Position numbers and translations under genes: made by a program | Assembly (NCBI GenBank): GCA_963762145.1 | Contig: CAVXJS010000011.1 | Span: 32,001-96,000 of the forward strand | DNA: 64,000 bases | Reading direction: 5' to 3' | Source of the DNA: an uncultured Candidatus Rokubacteria bacterium | GTDB taxonomy: Bacteria > Methylomirabilota > Methylomirabilia > Rokubacteriales > CSP1-6 | Part shown: positions 1 to 10,700 of the stretch, piece by piece | Layout of the letters: each line of letters begins with the position of its first letter | Position numbering within the stretch: the stretch's first letter is position 1 | The notes under the pieces: model-generated | Seen by the model: the letters and a program-made list of their open reading frames with translations, nothing else | What the model was told of the DNA's origin: nothing | The model's database searches: none

Positions 1-1
1 G

Positions 2-406
2 GCCGTCGACCCGGGCGCTCGCTCTGCGCTCGAGACGCTCGCCGCCGAGGGAACCCGCCTCGCGATCATCTCGAACACCATGCGCACTCCGGGCGAGGTG
101 GTGCGACAGGTGCTCGACAAGTCGGGACTCCTCCCGCTGTTCCGAGTGCTGACCTTTTCCGACGAATGCGGGATCAGGAAACCGGCCTCGGGGATCTTCC
201 TTCGCACGCTGAAGGATCTGGATGTGTTGCCCGAGGAGGCGGTGCACGTGGGTGACGACGCGATCCTCGATGTCGAGGGCGCCCGGGATGCCGGGATGCG
301 CGTGATCCAGGTGACCCACGACGGGCGCGCCACCGCCCCCGTGAAGCCGGACGCCGTCATCCGGCACCTCGGCGAGCTGCCGGCCGCGTTGCGGCGGCTC
401 CGCTGA
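2..406 (+). CDS. HAD-superfamily hydrolase (5' truncated by window edge)
   Basis: Frame open from position 2 (AVDPGARSALETL...LAIISNT); HAD motifs SN-T, RKP and HVGDDAILDVEGARDAGM. Confidence 0.85.
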   Translation, partial: AVDPGARSALETLAAEGTRLAIISNTMRTPGEVVRQVLDKSGLLPLFRVLTFSDECGIRKPASGIFLRTLKDLDVLPEEAVHVGDDAILDVEGARDAGMRVIQVTHDGRATAPVKPDAVIRHLGELPAALRRLR

Positions 407-2497
407 TGGCATTCCGCGCTGACCGGCCCGCGCGGGCGGGTCTACCTGATCGCCACCGCGGTCATCGTGCTGGTGCTGGCCCTCTTTCTCTGGGCGCCCG
501 ACTTCCTGCAGGCGGTGGAGGTGCGGCTCTACGACCTCCACTTCAAGCTGCGGGGCACCCAGCCGCAGACGGCGGAGCGCATCGTCATCGCCGCCATCGA
601 CGAGAAGAGCCTGGCCGCGCTCGGTCGCTGGCCCTGGCCGCGCTCGCTCATGGCCGATCTCATCCGGAAGCTCTCGGCGGACGGCGCCAAGGTGATCGCG
701 GTCGATATCCTGCTGAGCGAGCCGGAGGTGAGTGGCGAGCTCCGGGCGGCCGCGCAGCTCTCGGAGCGCCTCCGGACGCTGGGGCTCGCCGGGAGCTCCG
801 CAGGGTCGGCGGTCCAGCGCGAGCTCGACGCCTACACGCGCGAGGCTGATCGCGACCGCCAGCTGGCCGAGGCCGTGCGCGACAGCGGCCGCGTGGTCCT
901 GCCGATCGTGTTCGAGGTCGGGCCGGATCGGACCGGGCCGCCTCCCGAGCCGGCCGGCGCGGCCTTCAAGTCGGCCCTGGTAAGCTTCCGTCACTGCGAC
1001 GAGCGGGGAGTGTATCCGCCGCCGGCAGGCCGCAGCGCCACGCCTGCCCATCCCGCGTGCTCGCGGCGCGGCGCCAAGGACGCTCGGGCACGTGACGATG
1101 CTGGCCGACCGCGATGGCACGACGCGCTGGGAAGCGGTGGCCTTCGAGCACCAGGGCCACTACTATCCCTCGTTGGCGGTCCAGGCGGTGCGCCTCGCCA
1201 TGGCGGTGGAGCCGACACAGCTGACGCTCGACTTCGGCCGGAACCTCACGGTCGGATCGGTTTCTGTCCCGCTCGATCCCCGCGACCGGATGCTGATCAA
1301 CTACGCGGGGCCCGGGGGGACCTTCCGGCACCTGTCCGCGGTGGATCTGCTGACCGGGAAAGTGGCGCCGGATGCGGTGCGCGACCGCATCGTCTTCGTG
1401 GGGGCCACCGCGGCCGGGACGTACGATCTCCGCGTCACGCCCACGAGCCCGATCATGCCCGGAGTGGAGAAGCACGCCAACGTGGCGGCCAATATCCTGA
1501 CCGGGCAGTTCCTCCGGCGTCCGGACTGGGTGGAGCTCGTCGAGCTGGCCGGCATTCTGGTCTTCCCGCTGGTGCTCGCGTGGCTGCTGCCCCGGTTGCG
1601 GCCCGCGGTGAGCGTGGGCGCCGTGGCGCTCGTCTGGGTGATCCTCTTCGGCGCCGTGCATCTCGCGTTCCGCGGCGGGCTCTGGCTGCCCGTGGTGTAT
1701 CCGACGCTCGCTCTGGGACTCGACCTTCCTCGGGATCACGGTGTACCGTCTGCTCACCGAGGAGCGACAGCGCCTGTGGACGAAGCGCGCGTTCCAGCAG
1801 TTCGTCAGTCCGGAAGTCGTCGAGCAGCTCATGGACAATCCCGCCGCGCTGCAGTTCGGGGGCGAGATGCGGAACCTCACCGTGCTCTTCTCGGATATCC
1901 GCGACTTCACCCCCTACACGGAGCGCCACCCGCCCCACGAAGTGGTCCAGATGCTGCGGGAGTACCTCACGAAGATGGTGGACCAGGTCCTGGCCCAGCA
2001 GGGCACGCTCGACAAGTTCATCGGCGACGGGGTCATGGCGATCTTCGGGGCCCCGGTGCCGCTGCCCGATCACGCCGAGCGGGCGTGCCGGGCCGCGCTC
2101 GGCATGAACCGGGAGCTGGAGGCGCTCCAGGCCCGATGGGTCGCCGAGGGCCGGGAGCCCTTCAAGATCGGCATCGGGATCAACACCGGCGACATGATGG
2201 TCGGCAACCTCGGCTCGGAGCAGCTCTTCGATTACACGGTGGCCGGCGACGGGGTCAACGTCGGGGCCCGGGTGGAGTCGCTCAACAAGGAATACCAGAC
2301 CGAGACGTCCATCATCATCAGCGAGACGACGTACCTGGCGGCCCAGGACGTCCTGGACGTCCGGCGGCTCGGCGAGGCGACGGTCAAGGGCAAGACGCCG
2401 CCCTATCGTGGTCTACGAGCTGCGCGGGATCCGTGAGACAGTGGAGCGCGTGCCCATTCCGGCTCCCTTGACAAAGGAGCCAGCGAGGGCCTATTGA
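406..2497 (+). CDS. CHASE2-domain membrane adenylate/guanylate cyclase (split by about 4 indels, probably assembly errors)
   Basis: CHASE2 motifs IAAIDEKSL..GRWPWPRS, RDRIVFVGAT and MPGVEKHAN; TM helices; class III cyclase TVLFSDIRDFT, DKFIGDGVMAIF, GIGINTG, DYTVAGDGVNVGARVE, VKGK. Pieces lie in ORFs 467-, 1092- and 1741-; the corrected frame ends at TGA 2495-2497. Confidence 0.85.
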
Positions 2498-2537
2498 TGC
2501 GGTACACCGAACACTTGAGCACGAGGGGGGAGTAGGC

Positions 2538-3464
2538 ATGGGCGGACGGCGAAGGAACGGCTCGCTCCGGCTCGGGGCAGCGGCTCTCCTCGGAGCCCTG
2601 CTCTCGCTGGTGTTCGCGCCTCCCGCCCTCGCGCAGCAGGCCCCGCCCAGCGCGGAGCTCAAGCGCGTGATCGGCCGCGTCGAGCTCCTCCGCAAGGGTC
2701 AGACGCAATGGATCCCGGCCGTGATCGGGGCCCGGCTCGTGGAGGGAGACGACATCCGGGCCTTCGCGGGCGCCCAGGCCGAGCTGGAGATGCCCGACAC
2801 CAGCACGGTGCTGCTCGCCGAGAACAGCCGCCTCCTGATGACCAAGATCGAGTACGACCAGCAGAATCAGAGCCGCATCGTCCTCCTGCATCTGGTGGTC
2901 GGCAAGGTGCGGGCCGTGATCGCCCAGACCGCAATCACGCTGGTACGGGCCCGCCAGTCCAACTTCGGCATCTCGACCCCGACTGCGGTGGCGGCGGCGA
3001 GGGGCACGATCGTGTGGGTGTACACCGACGGGACGCGGACGCTCATGGCCGTCGAGCCCCAGCCGGGGCTCCGGATCCAGCCCCGGATCGAGTGCATCAC
3101 CGTGGCCACCCCCCAGCCGAAGCGCCAGATGGTCCTCGCCGGGTACGCGACGACGGATTGCGGGCCGACCGTGACCGCCACGCAGCAGTTCATGTCACCG
3201 TCGAATCCCCTGACGGCCGGCACGCCCCTGCTGAACGCGCCCGTGGCCATGCCGGGGAATATCGAACAACTGGTCACCGGCATCGGGGACCTCCAGGCGG
3301 GTGCGCCGGTGAGCTTCTTCACATCCGGCCCCCCGTTCGGCACTACCTCGCCCCCCTCCTTTGGTAACGACGCCTTCGTCAATCAGCAAAACCAGAACCA
3401 GAACCAAGGGAACAAGGGCTGCGCGAGCGCCGGAGGTCAACAGGAGAACTGCCAGGGCCAGTAA
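2538..3464 (+). CDS. Exported FecR-domain protein with low-complexity S/T/P- and N/Q-rich tail
   Basis: Signal peptide (ALA-QQ); FecR motifs L.EGDDIR, LLAENS, LVVGKVRA and TPTAVAAARGT; GGGGGAG RBS upstream. Confidence 0.8.
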   Translation: MGGRRRNGSLRLGAAALLGALLSLVFAPPALAQQAPPSAELKRVIGRVELLRKGQTQWIPAVIGARLVEGDDIRAFAGAQAELEMPDTSTVLLAENSRLLMTKIEYDQQNQSRIVLLHLVVGKVRAVIAQTAITLVRARQSNFGISTPTAVAAARGTIVWVYTDGTRTLMAVEPQPGLRIQPRIECITVATPQPKRQMVLAGYATTDCGPTVTATQQFMSPSNPLTAGTPLLNAPVAMPGNIEQLVTGIGDLQAGAPVSFFTSGPPFGTTSPPSFGNDAFVNQQNQNQNQGNKGCASAGGQQENCQGQ

Positions 3465-3610
3465 GGCCAGCAGTGAGATAGAGAATTCCCGGTTCTGCAT
3501 CTGACCGTCTAGATCGTCTCGGTCGCGCCTGCCTTTACGCACTTCTCCTCTGGGCTCCTCTGGCCTCCGGCGCCGATCGCGGCTGGCCGCTGGCCGTTGC
3601 CGAGCTTCTG

Positions 3611-6478
3611 ATGCTGCTCGGTCTGCTCTGCTGGCTGCTCGGGATGGTGGTCGAGCGCCGCCTCGTATGGCGGTGCTCGGCCCTCGATTGGCCACTCGTC
3701 CTGCTGATCGTCCTCGTCCTGGTCCAGCTCGCCCTCGGCAACCGCCCGCTGGCGGCCTGGGCGCTGGCTCCTACCGGCAGTCTGGACGCCCCCCCAGCCC
3801 TGCCCTTGCTCGTTCTCGCCCTCGGTACCATCGCTCCGTCCCATACGGTCCAGGCGCTCATGCTCTTCCTGACCTACGCGGGCGCCTACGTGCTGGTGAT
3901 CCATCTGATCCGGACGCGGGCGCAGCTCGACCGGCTGCTGAGAACCCTGCTGATCCTGGGCGGCCTCCTCGCGTTTTTCGGACTGCTCGACTACCTCGGT
4001 CGCGAGGCGTGGCTGTTGCGGTGGCGAAATACTCCCGTCACGGGGCGGCTGTCCGGAACCTTTGCCAATCCGGATCATTTCGGCGCCTGGCTGGCGATGC
4101 TGATCTTTCTCGGCATTGGCTACCTGCTGGCACGCCGCGGACTGGCGGGTAGGGCGCCAGCGCTCCGCGGCCTGTTCCGCTCCCCCGGAAGGCGTGAGGA
4201 GGCCGTCCGCCAGTACTTGCCCTCCATCGCCGTGGTCACCATGGCGGTCGCCCTGATCTTCACGCTGAGCCGGGGGGCGGTGGTGAGCGCCCTGGTCGCG
4301 GTCCTGCTGCTCTTGCCGCTGCTCCGCGCCTTGAACCGGATTCGCCGAAGCCTGGCGCTGGTCGGCACCCTCCTGGTTGCGACTCTGGGCTACGGCGCCT
4401 GGATCGGCTTCGACCCGTTTCTGCAGCGCGTCTGGCACGCAGACTATGCCGGGCGCTGGATCCAGACCCTGAGCAGTCTGCCGATCCTTCGGTCATTCCC
4501 GCTGCTCGGGGTGGGGCTCGGGACGTATCAGGACATCTATCTCCGCTACCAGCCCGCGGCGCTCGACCCTGGCCACGTCTACTACACCTATGCCCACAAC
4601 GATCTCCTCCAGCTGGTGCTGGAGCTGGGGCTCATCGGAGCGGCGCTGTGCCTCGCGCTGTTCTGGAGGACCACTCAGGATCTGCTCGGGGCCCATCTTC
4701 TGGGTCGCGCCACCTGCCCAGCCGGCGCGGGGGAAGCCGAGGGGGCCCGCCGGAACGATCCCTTCAGCGTCGGTATCGGCATCGGAGCCATGGGCGGCGT
4801 GCTGGCCCTCCTGGTCCACAGCGTCTTCGACTTCGGGGCCCGGATCGCCGCCAACGGCATCCTTGCCGCGACCTGTCTCGGCATCGCCACGGTCGCCCTG
4901 CACACGCGCTTCAGCCCGACCGGCGAGCGGCTACTGGCGAGGGTTCGGGTCTGGCCCCTGGGGAATGGCCGGCTGTTTCCCGTCACGCTGGCAGCCACGG
5001 CGGTCATCCTGTCGCTCGCCCTCACGGTGTGGATGGTACGGCCCCCCCTAATCGCCGCGCGACTCGCAGAGGCCACGCGACCCGGCGTCGATCCCCGGAC
5101 TGCGATCCAGCGGGCGGAGGCCGCGCTCGCGCTGAGTCCAAGTGACGAGCGCGCCCTGGCCGTGCGCGGGCGGCTGCGGCGGCAGGCCGCGATGGACATC
5201 TGGACCACCGGGGCGACACGCGAGGGACGGGTCCTGCTCTCCTGGGAGGAGCGGCAGCAGGCGGCCCTGCCGCTTGCGACGGGTGCCGTCCAGGATTTCC
5301 AGAACGCCATCCGGGGGGTTCCGTCGGAGCCGACCTACCACCGCGACCTGGCGCGTGCCGAGTGGACGCTGGCCCTGCTCGACCCTCGAGACGGGCCGCA
5401 GCGCCAGGCGGCCGCGCTGGCGGCGTTCTCACGGGCCGCCACGCTCGCCCCGAACGATCCATTCATCCAGCAGGCGCTGGCGAGCTTCGCGGTGCCGCAA
5501 GGCGGCCGCGCGACCGAGATCGGGCTGCGCGCGGCACGAGCAGCCGTCGAGCTTGATCCCGGGCTGCTGCCGGACCTCGTTGACCAGTTCCTCCTCCAGG
5601 GCTTGACCGGCGATCAATGGGTCGCCATGGTCCCCGAATCTGCGCTCGACCGGGCCGATCTCGGCACCCTCCTGGAACAGCGCGCGCTTGTTGCAGAGGC
5701 GGCCCACGCCTACCAGCGCGCCATCGAAGTGGCCCCGACGGAGCAGCGCGTGCTGCCGCGCTGGCTGCACGCCCGGCTCCTGCTCCGGCAGGCGCACGCG
5801 CGTGAGGCGCTGGGGGACATCGAGATGGCTCTGGCCGGAGACCGCGACAACTCGGAGCTCTATCTCACCAGGGGACAGGCGCTGACCGCCCTCGGCGATC
5901 CCGGTGCCCTGGACGCCTATCGCCTGGCCGTGCTCAACGCGAAGGTGAAGCCCTTCGGGCCTCTACCCCTACGAACCAGTGCCCTCGTCGCCCGTGTGAT
6001 CCGCGACCAGGTCGGGGCTGGCCGCTACCGTCGTGCCCTGGCTCGATACCTGACCGACCGTCACCTCTGGTATCAGGCGCTCCCCGAATGGCAGGCGGTG
6101 CTCGCCGAGGTGCCCGCAGATGCGGAGGCCCATTTCTTGCTCGGGGTCGTGCACGACGGCCTCGGGGTCAGGGAGCGCGCCCTTCAGGCCTACCGGCAGG
6201 CCGTGGCCCTCGACGGGACGCGCAGCGCCTTCCGGCTGCGGCTAGCTCAGCGCCTCTGGGAGACCGAACAGTATTACCAGGCGATGAACGAGTGGCGGGC
6301 GGTCCTTGGACAGGATCCGGGCAATCTCGAAGCGCGTCTCGGTCTCGCGCGCGCATACGTGAAGGCGGGAGACCGCCGCGAGGCCGCGCAGGAATACGTG
6401 CGGATCCTCCAGATTGTTCCCGACCAGCCTGAGGCCCGGCGGGAGCTGGCCCGCCTGGGTCGAGCCGCGGGCACCTAG
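3611..6478 (+). CDS. O-antigen ligase (Wzy_C)-family membrane protein fused to C-terminal TPR repeats
   Basis: RLSGTFANPDHFG, TLSRGA, GVGLGTY, AHNDLLQ..ELGLIG and LVHSVFDF, followed by TPR-like helices. The frame is open upstream to ~3482, so the true start may be earlier. Confidence 0.85.
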   Translation: MLLGLLCWLLGMVVERRLVWRCSALDWPLVLLIVLVLVQLALGNRPLAAWALAPTGSLDAPPALPLLVLALGTIAPSHTVQALMLFLTYAGAYVLVIHLIRTRAQLDRLLRTLLILGGLLAFFGLLDYLGREAWLLRWRNTPVTGRLSGTFANPDHFGAWLAMLIFLGIGYLLARRGLAGRAPALRGLFRSPGRREEAVRQYLPSIAVVTMAVALIFTLSRGAVVSALVAVLLLLPLLRALNRIRRSLALVGTLLVATLGYGAWIGFDPFLQRVWHADYAGRWIQTLSSLPILRSFPLLGVGLGTYQDIYLRYQPAALDPGHVYYTYAHNDLLQLVLELGLIGAALCLALFWRTTQDLLGAHLLGRATCPAGAGEAEGARRNDPFSVGIGIGAMGGVLALLVHSVFDFGARIAANGILAATCLGIATVALHTRFSPTGERLLARVRVWPLGNGRLFPVTLAATAVILSLALTVWMVRPPLIAARLAEATRPGVDPRTAIQRAEAALALSPSDERALAVRGRLRRQAAMDIWTTGATREGRVLLSWEERQQAALPLATGAVQDFQNAIRGVPSEPTYHRDLARAEWTLALLDPRDGPQRQAAALAAFSRAATLAPNDPFIQQALASFAVPQGGRATEIGLRAARAAVELDPGLLPDLVDQFLLQGLTGDQWVAMVPESALDRADLGTLLEQRALVAEAAHAYQRAIEVAPTEQRVLPRWLHARLLLRQAHAREALGDIEMALAGDRDNSELYLTRGQALTALGDPGALDAYRLAVLNAKVKPFGPLPLRTSALVARVIRDQVGAGRYRRALARYLTDRHLWYQALPEWQAVLAEVPADAEAHFLLGVVHDGLGVRERALQAYRQAVALDGTRSAFRLRLAQRLWETEQYYQAMNEWRAVLGQDPGNLEARLGLARAYVKAGDRREAAQEYVRILQIVPDQPEARRELARLGRAAGT

Positions 6479-6638
6479 CTGGTTGCGCCACCGTGTCCTT
6501 ATACGGGAGGCCGGGAATGGCGAGGCTCGTCTGGGACTTACCTCCCGATCGGTCCCGATCAACCCCAGGGCACGATCCCGGCGGGTCCGCCAAATTCCCC
6601 TCACGGGCTCGCACGTGACTCGGGTAGTATCAGCCTCC

Positions 6639-7796
6639 ATGCTCGATGTCGTCGTGGTGGGTGGGGGCCCGGCCGGCCTCTACACGGCTTTGCTCCTGGC
6701 CGAGGAGGGCTTCGACGTCGTCGTCCTCGAGGAGCACGAGACGCTCGGCGCGCCGACTCACTGCACCGGGGTCGTTTCGGACGAGCTGTCCGAGCTCTTC
6801 AAGATCCCGGAGAGCCTGGTCCTCAGTCGTCCGACGGCCTGCCTGATTCACTCGCCGGCCGGCCGCGTCTTTCCCTTCGCGTCCAACGGCGAGGGCATCG
6901 CCGTCATCGATCGCGGCGAGTTCGACCGTGAGCTCGCCACCGCCGCCCAGCGGGCCGGCGTCGAGATCAGGACGGGGTTCAGGGTGGAGCGCCTGCGCCC
7001 GGGGCCCCGCGGCATGCAGATCGAGGGCGCAGTCGGGGTCGTGAGCGCGCGGGTATGCGTGCTCGCGTGCGGAGTCGGGTATGGGCTGCAGCGTCAGCTC
7101 GGGCTCGAGCTCCCGTCGCTCTTTCTCCACTCGGCCCAGATCGAAGTGGACACGCGCGCCGTCTCCTCCGCGGTCGAGCTCTATCTCGGTCGAGAGGTCG
7201 CCCCCGAGGGCTTCGCGTGGATGGTCCCGTTGACCCGGGGGGAGCGCCCCAGAATGAAGATCGGCGTGGTCACGCGCGGCGACGCCACGCAGCGCCTACG
7301 AGGAGTTCTGGCCACGCCTGGCGTGACCGAACGTATGGCCTCGCCTCCCGGGATACCCCTCCGGCGCGTGCTCCCTCTTGCCCCGGCCCGACGCAGCTAT
7401 GGCCATCGCGTCCTCACGGTCGGGGATGCCGCGGGTCTGACCAAGCCGACGACGGGAGGCGGGATCTTCTACAGCCTCCTGTCAGGGCGGTTCGCGGCCG
7501 AAACGCTGACCAGGGCCCTGCGACGCGACCGACTCGCGGCGCGCGACCTTCGTGTCTATGAAGGGCGCTGGCGGGCCCGCCTCGGTCCCCACCTGTGGAT
7601 CTCGAGCAGCGTCCGTTCCCTGTTCGCGCGGCTCGGCGATCAGGAGCTGGAGACGCTGCTGGAGGCGATCGCGTCGGAAGACGTCCAGCGTGTCATCCGG
7701 GACACCGCTCGCTTCAACTGGCACGGCGAGCTGATCAGGACCCTGCTCGCCCAGCCCGGCGTCAAGTCGACGCTGCTCCAGACCTTTCTCAGGTAG
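6639..7796 (+). CDS. Geranylgeranyl-reductase-family FAD oxidoreductase
   Basis: DVVVVGGGPAG, HCTG, DRGEFDREL, GFAWMVP and VGDAAGLTKPTTGGGI. Confidence 0.85.
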   Translation: MLDVVVVGGGPAGLYTALLLAEEGFDVVVLEEHETLGAPTHCTGVVSDELSELFKIPESLVLSRPTACLIHSPAGRVFPFASNGEGIAVIDRGEFDRELATAAQRAGVEIRTGFRVERLRPGPRGMQIEGAVGVVSARVCVLACGVGYGLQRQLGLELPSLFLHSAQIEVDTRAVSSAVELYLGREVAPEGFAWMVPLTRGERPRMKIGVVTRGDATQRLRGVLATPGVTERMASPPGIPLRRVLPLAPARRSYGHRVLTVGDAAGLTKPTTGGGIFYSLLSGRFAAETLTRALRRDRLAARDLRVYEGRWRARLGPHLWISSSVRSLFARLGDQELETLLEAIASEDVQRVIRDTARFNWHGELIRTLLAQPGVKSTLLQTFLR

Positions 7797-10700
7797 ACGC
7801 GGCCGCGGGCTCGGCCGCCACCACGACGGCAAAGCCGCGCGCGCGCAGGGTTTCGTCGAAGGCCGCCTGACGTCGCCGGTCACCCACGCGTCGCTCCGGC
7901 GCCTCCTCCTGCGCGCGTCGCCGGCGCTCTCCCTCGCGCCGGTCCAGGATGACCGTGACCGGCCGAGCGCCCAGCTCTCGCTTGAGGTCGTCGAAGAGCG
8001 CAGGCTTCGATCGGGCCACGACGAACAGATGGCCGAGGATCTGAAGCTCGTCGAGGGTGTTCGCCAGCCAGGGCCGCATGCCCATGTCATGCAAGAGCAT
8101 GAAGGCGTCGGCGAGCCGGTCCGCCGCCTGGGCCGGCCGACCGGTCCGTTTGTAGAGCTGGCCGAGACCCAGGAGAATCTGGGCGGTGAGCGGGCGCATC
8201 GCGAGCTCGTCGGCCAGCGCGAGGGCCTGCTGGTAGCTGTCTTCTGCCGCGGCCGGATCGGCGGGGCTCGCAGCCGCCATGACATCGCCGAGAAGCTTGA
8301 GGCCCCGCGCGTGATGGCCGCGCTCCTTGTGCGCGAGGGCCAGCTCCAGCACCTGTTGCACCGTGGCTCTGGCGCGTTCGATCTGCCCCGCGGCCAGGAG
8401 GCCTTCGGCGAGCTGGGCGGTCCAGAGGGCGAGATAGGCCCGGATGCCCAGCGCCTCCGAGCGGCTCACGCTCTCCTCGAGGAGGGCCAGTCCCTCGGCA
8501 ACCTGGCCCAGTCGGACCCGGGTGAGCCCGAGCAACGAGGCCGGGATGGGACGCCAGACGTCCAGACCCTTCTCACGACAGGCGTCGACGCTCTGCTCGA
8601 GGAACGGGAGGGCCTCCTCGAGCTGACCGCGCCGGAGGTGAACGAGGCCGGCCAGGGTCTGCGCGATCGCCTGCGGATAGGGATGCCCGCTGGCCTTGGC
8701 GGCTCCGGCCGCCTGGTCGAGGTAATCGATCGCGGCGTCGAACTCACCACGGTCCGCACAGGTGAACGCCACCCACGCCGCCGACGTCACGAACGAGATG
8801 CGATTCTGGATGCTCACGTCGCCGGCCGGCGTCGCGGCGAGCGCGTCGAGGTTCTGGCGCAGGACGCGTTCGGCCTCCCGGAACTTTCCCTGGGCATGAT
8901 AGCTGGAGCCCAGGTAACCGCGCGCCAGCGCCTGGAGTGAGCGGTCGGCGGCGGCTTCGCCGATCCGCAGGCAGCGCTCGCCGTATTCGATGGCCAGGTC
9001 GGGCTCGCCCTTGAGGTAGTGATAGTTGATCAGATACGTGTAGACCCGCGCGAGGCGTGGTGCGTCTCCGAGTTTCTCGGCGATCACCTCGGCTTCCTGC
9101 GAGAGCGCCAGCACGCGCTCGATCTGTCCCATCTGGATCAACGGAGGCCGCAGGTCGAGCCGCAGATCGATCGACTGCTCGGATCGCTCCGGGCTGTCCG
9201 GAAGATGCGACAGGCCCGCCAGCGCCTGCTCGAGGAAGGCGACGGCTTCACGGTTGGCCCCGCGCGCGGCGGCCTTGGCGCCGGCCTGTCGCAGATAGAG
9301 CACCGCCTTGTGCCATACCTCGCCGCGCAGCGCGTGGTGGGCCAGGGACTCCACCTGATCGCCCGGGCGGTCGGCCTCCAGGTGCTCCAGCGCTTCCAGC
9401 ACCCGCGCGTGCAGCGCCCGGCGACGCCCCCTGAGCACAGTATCGTAGGCGACTTCCTGGGTCAGGGTGTGGCGAAAGGTGTACTCCATGCTCGGAAAGA
9501 GTCGGAGCTCGTGGAGGAAATCGCCGGCCTGGAGGATGGCGAGATTGCGGCGGACCTCATCCTCCGACATGTCGGCGATGGCCTGGAGCAGTACCAGCGG
9601 CACGTCCTTGCCGATGACGGCGGCCGCCTGCAGCAGACGCTTCCCCTCCGGGGGCAGCCGATCGATGCGTGGGGCCAGGACGGCGTGGATCGTGGCCGGC
9701 AGCTGGATGCTCTCGATGGGCTTGACCAGTCGATACGCGCCCCGCTCGCCCGTGAGCGTCTGGGTCTCCACGAGCGTGCGGATGCTCTCCTGGATGAAGA
9801 AGGGGTTGCCCTCCGTCCGGTTGATCAGCCAGGTCTTGAGTGCCTGGAGAGTCGGGTCGCTGCCGAGCAGAGGGTCCAGGAGCTGCTCGGCATTGGCGGG
9901 CGGCAGCGACTTCAGGAGGAGTCCGGTGTAGTGGCTCGCGTCGGCCCAGGGGTGTTGATACTCGGGGCGGTGGGTGACGAGGAGGAAGACCCGGGCGCCC
10001 GGCAAGCCCTGGACGAGGGCGTCGAGGAACGCGTGGGTCTCCGAGTCCATCCAGTGCAGGCTATCGAAGAGCAGGAGCAGCGGCTGGATCCGGCTCTCGC
10101 GCAGGAGCAGGCGCCGCAGCACGTCCAGCACGTGCTGGCGGCGGCGGAGCGGGTCGAGGAGCGACCACGGCGGATCATCCGTCGGCGCGTCGAGCACCTG
10201 GAGGATCGCAGACGCGGTGGGCCAGGCGCTCTCCTGCAGCGTGTCGAGCTGGGCCGCGACCTTGTCGCGGATCGCGGGCTGGTCGTCGCGCGCGTCGATC
10301 TGGAAATAGGTCCTGAGCAGCTCGACGAGTGGCAGGTACGCGGTGGTCTTGCGGGTTGCGACGCCGATGGCCTCCAGGATGCGCCACCCGTGCGCGGCGT
10401 CCGCATGCAGGAACTCGCGGATCAGCCGCGACTTGCCCACCCCCGGCTCGGCCGCGATCGCCACGACCTGCCCGTATCCCCCGGCGGCGCGCTCGAGGGC
10501 CTGCAGCAGGGTCGCCATCTCGGCGTCCCGCCCGACGAAGCGCGTGACGTCTCGCGCCGTTGCGGCCTGCCGCCGCGAGCCCGTCGTGCTCGCCCCGGTC
10601 ACCTCATAGACATCGATCGGAGTCGCGAGGCCCTTCATCGACCGCGGGCCGAGCGGGCTCACGGCGACGGCATCGCGGGTGAGGCTCAGCATGGTCCCGG

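Noticed and set aside
6480-6638. ncRNA, tRNA remnant or att site in the intergenic region
   Set aside because: Only a short TCCCGATC duplication; no cloverleaf or recognisable family motif.
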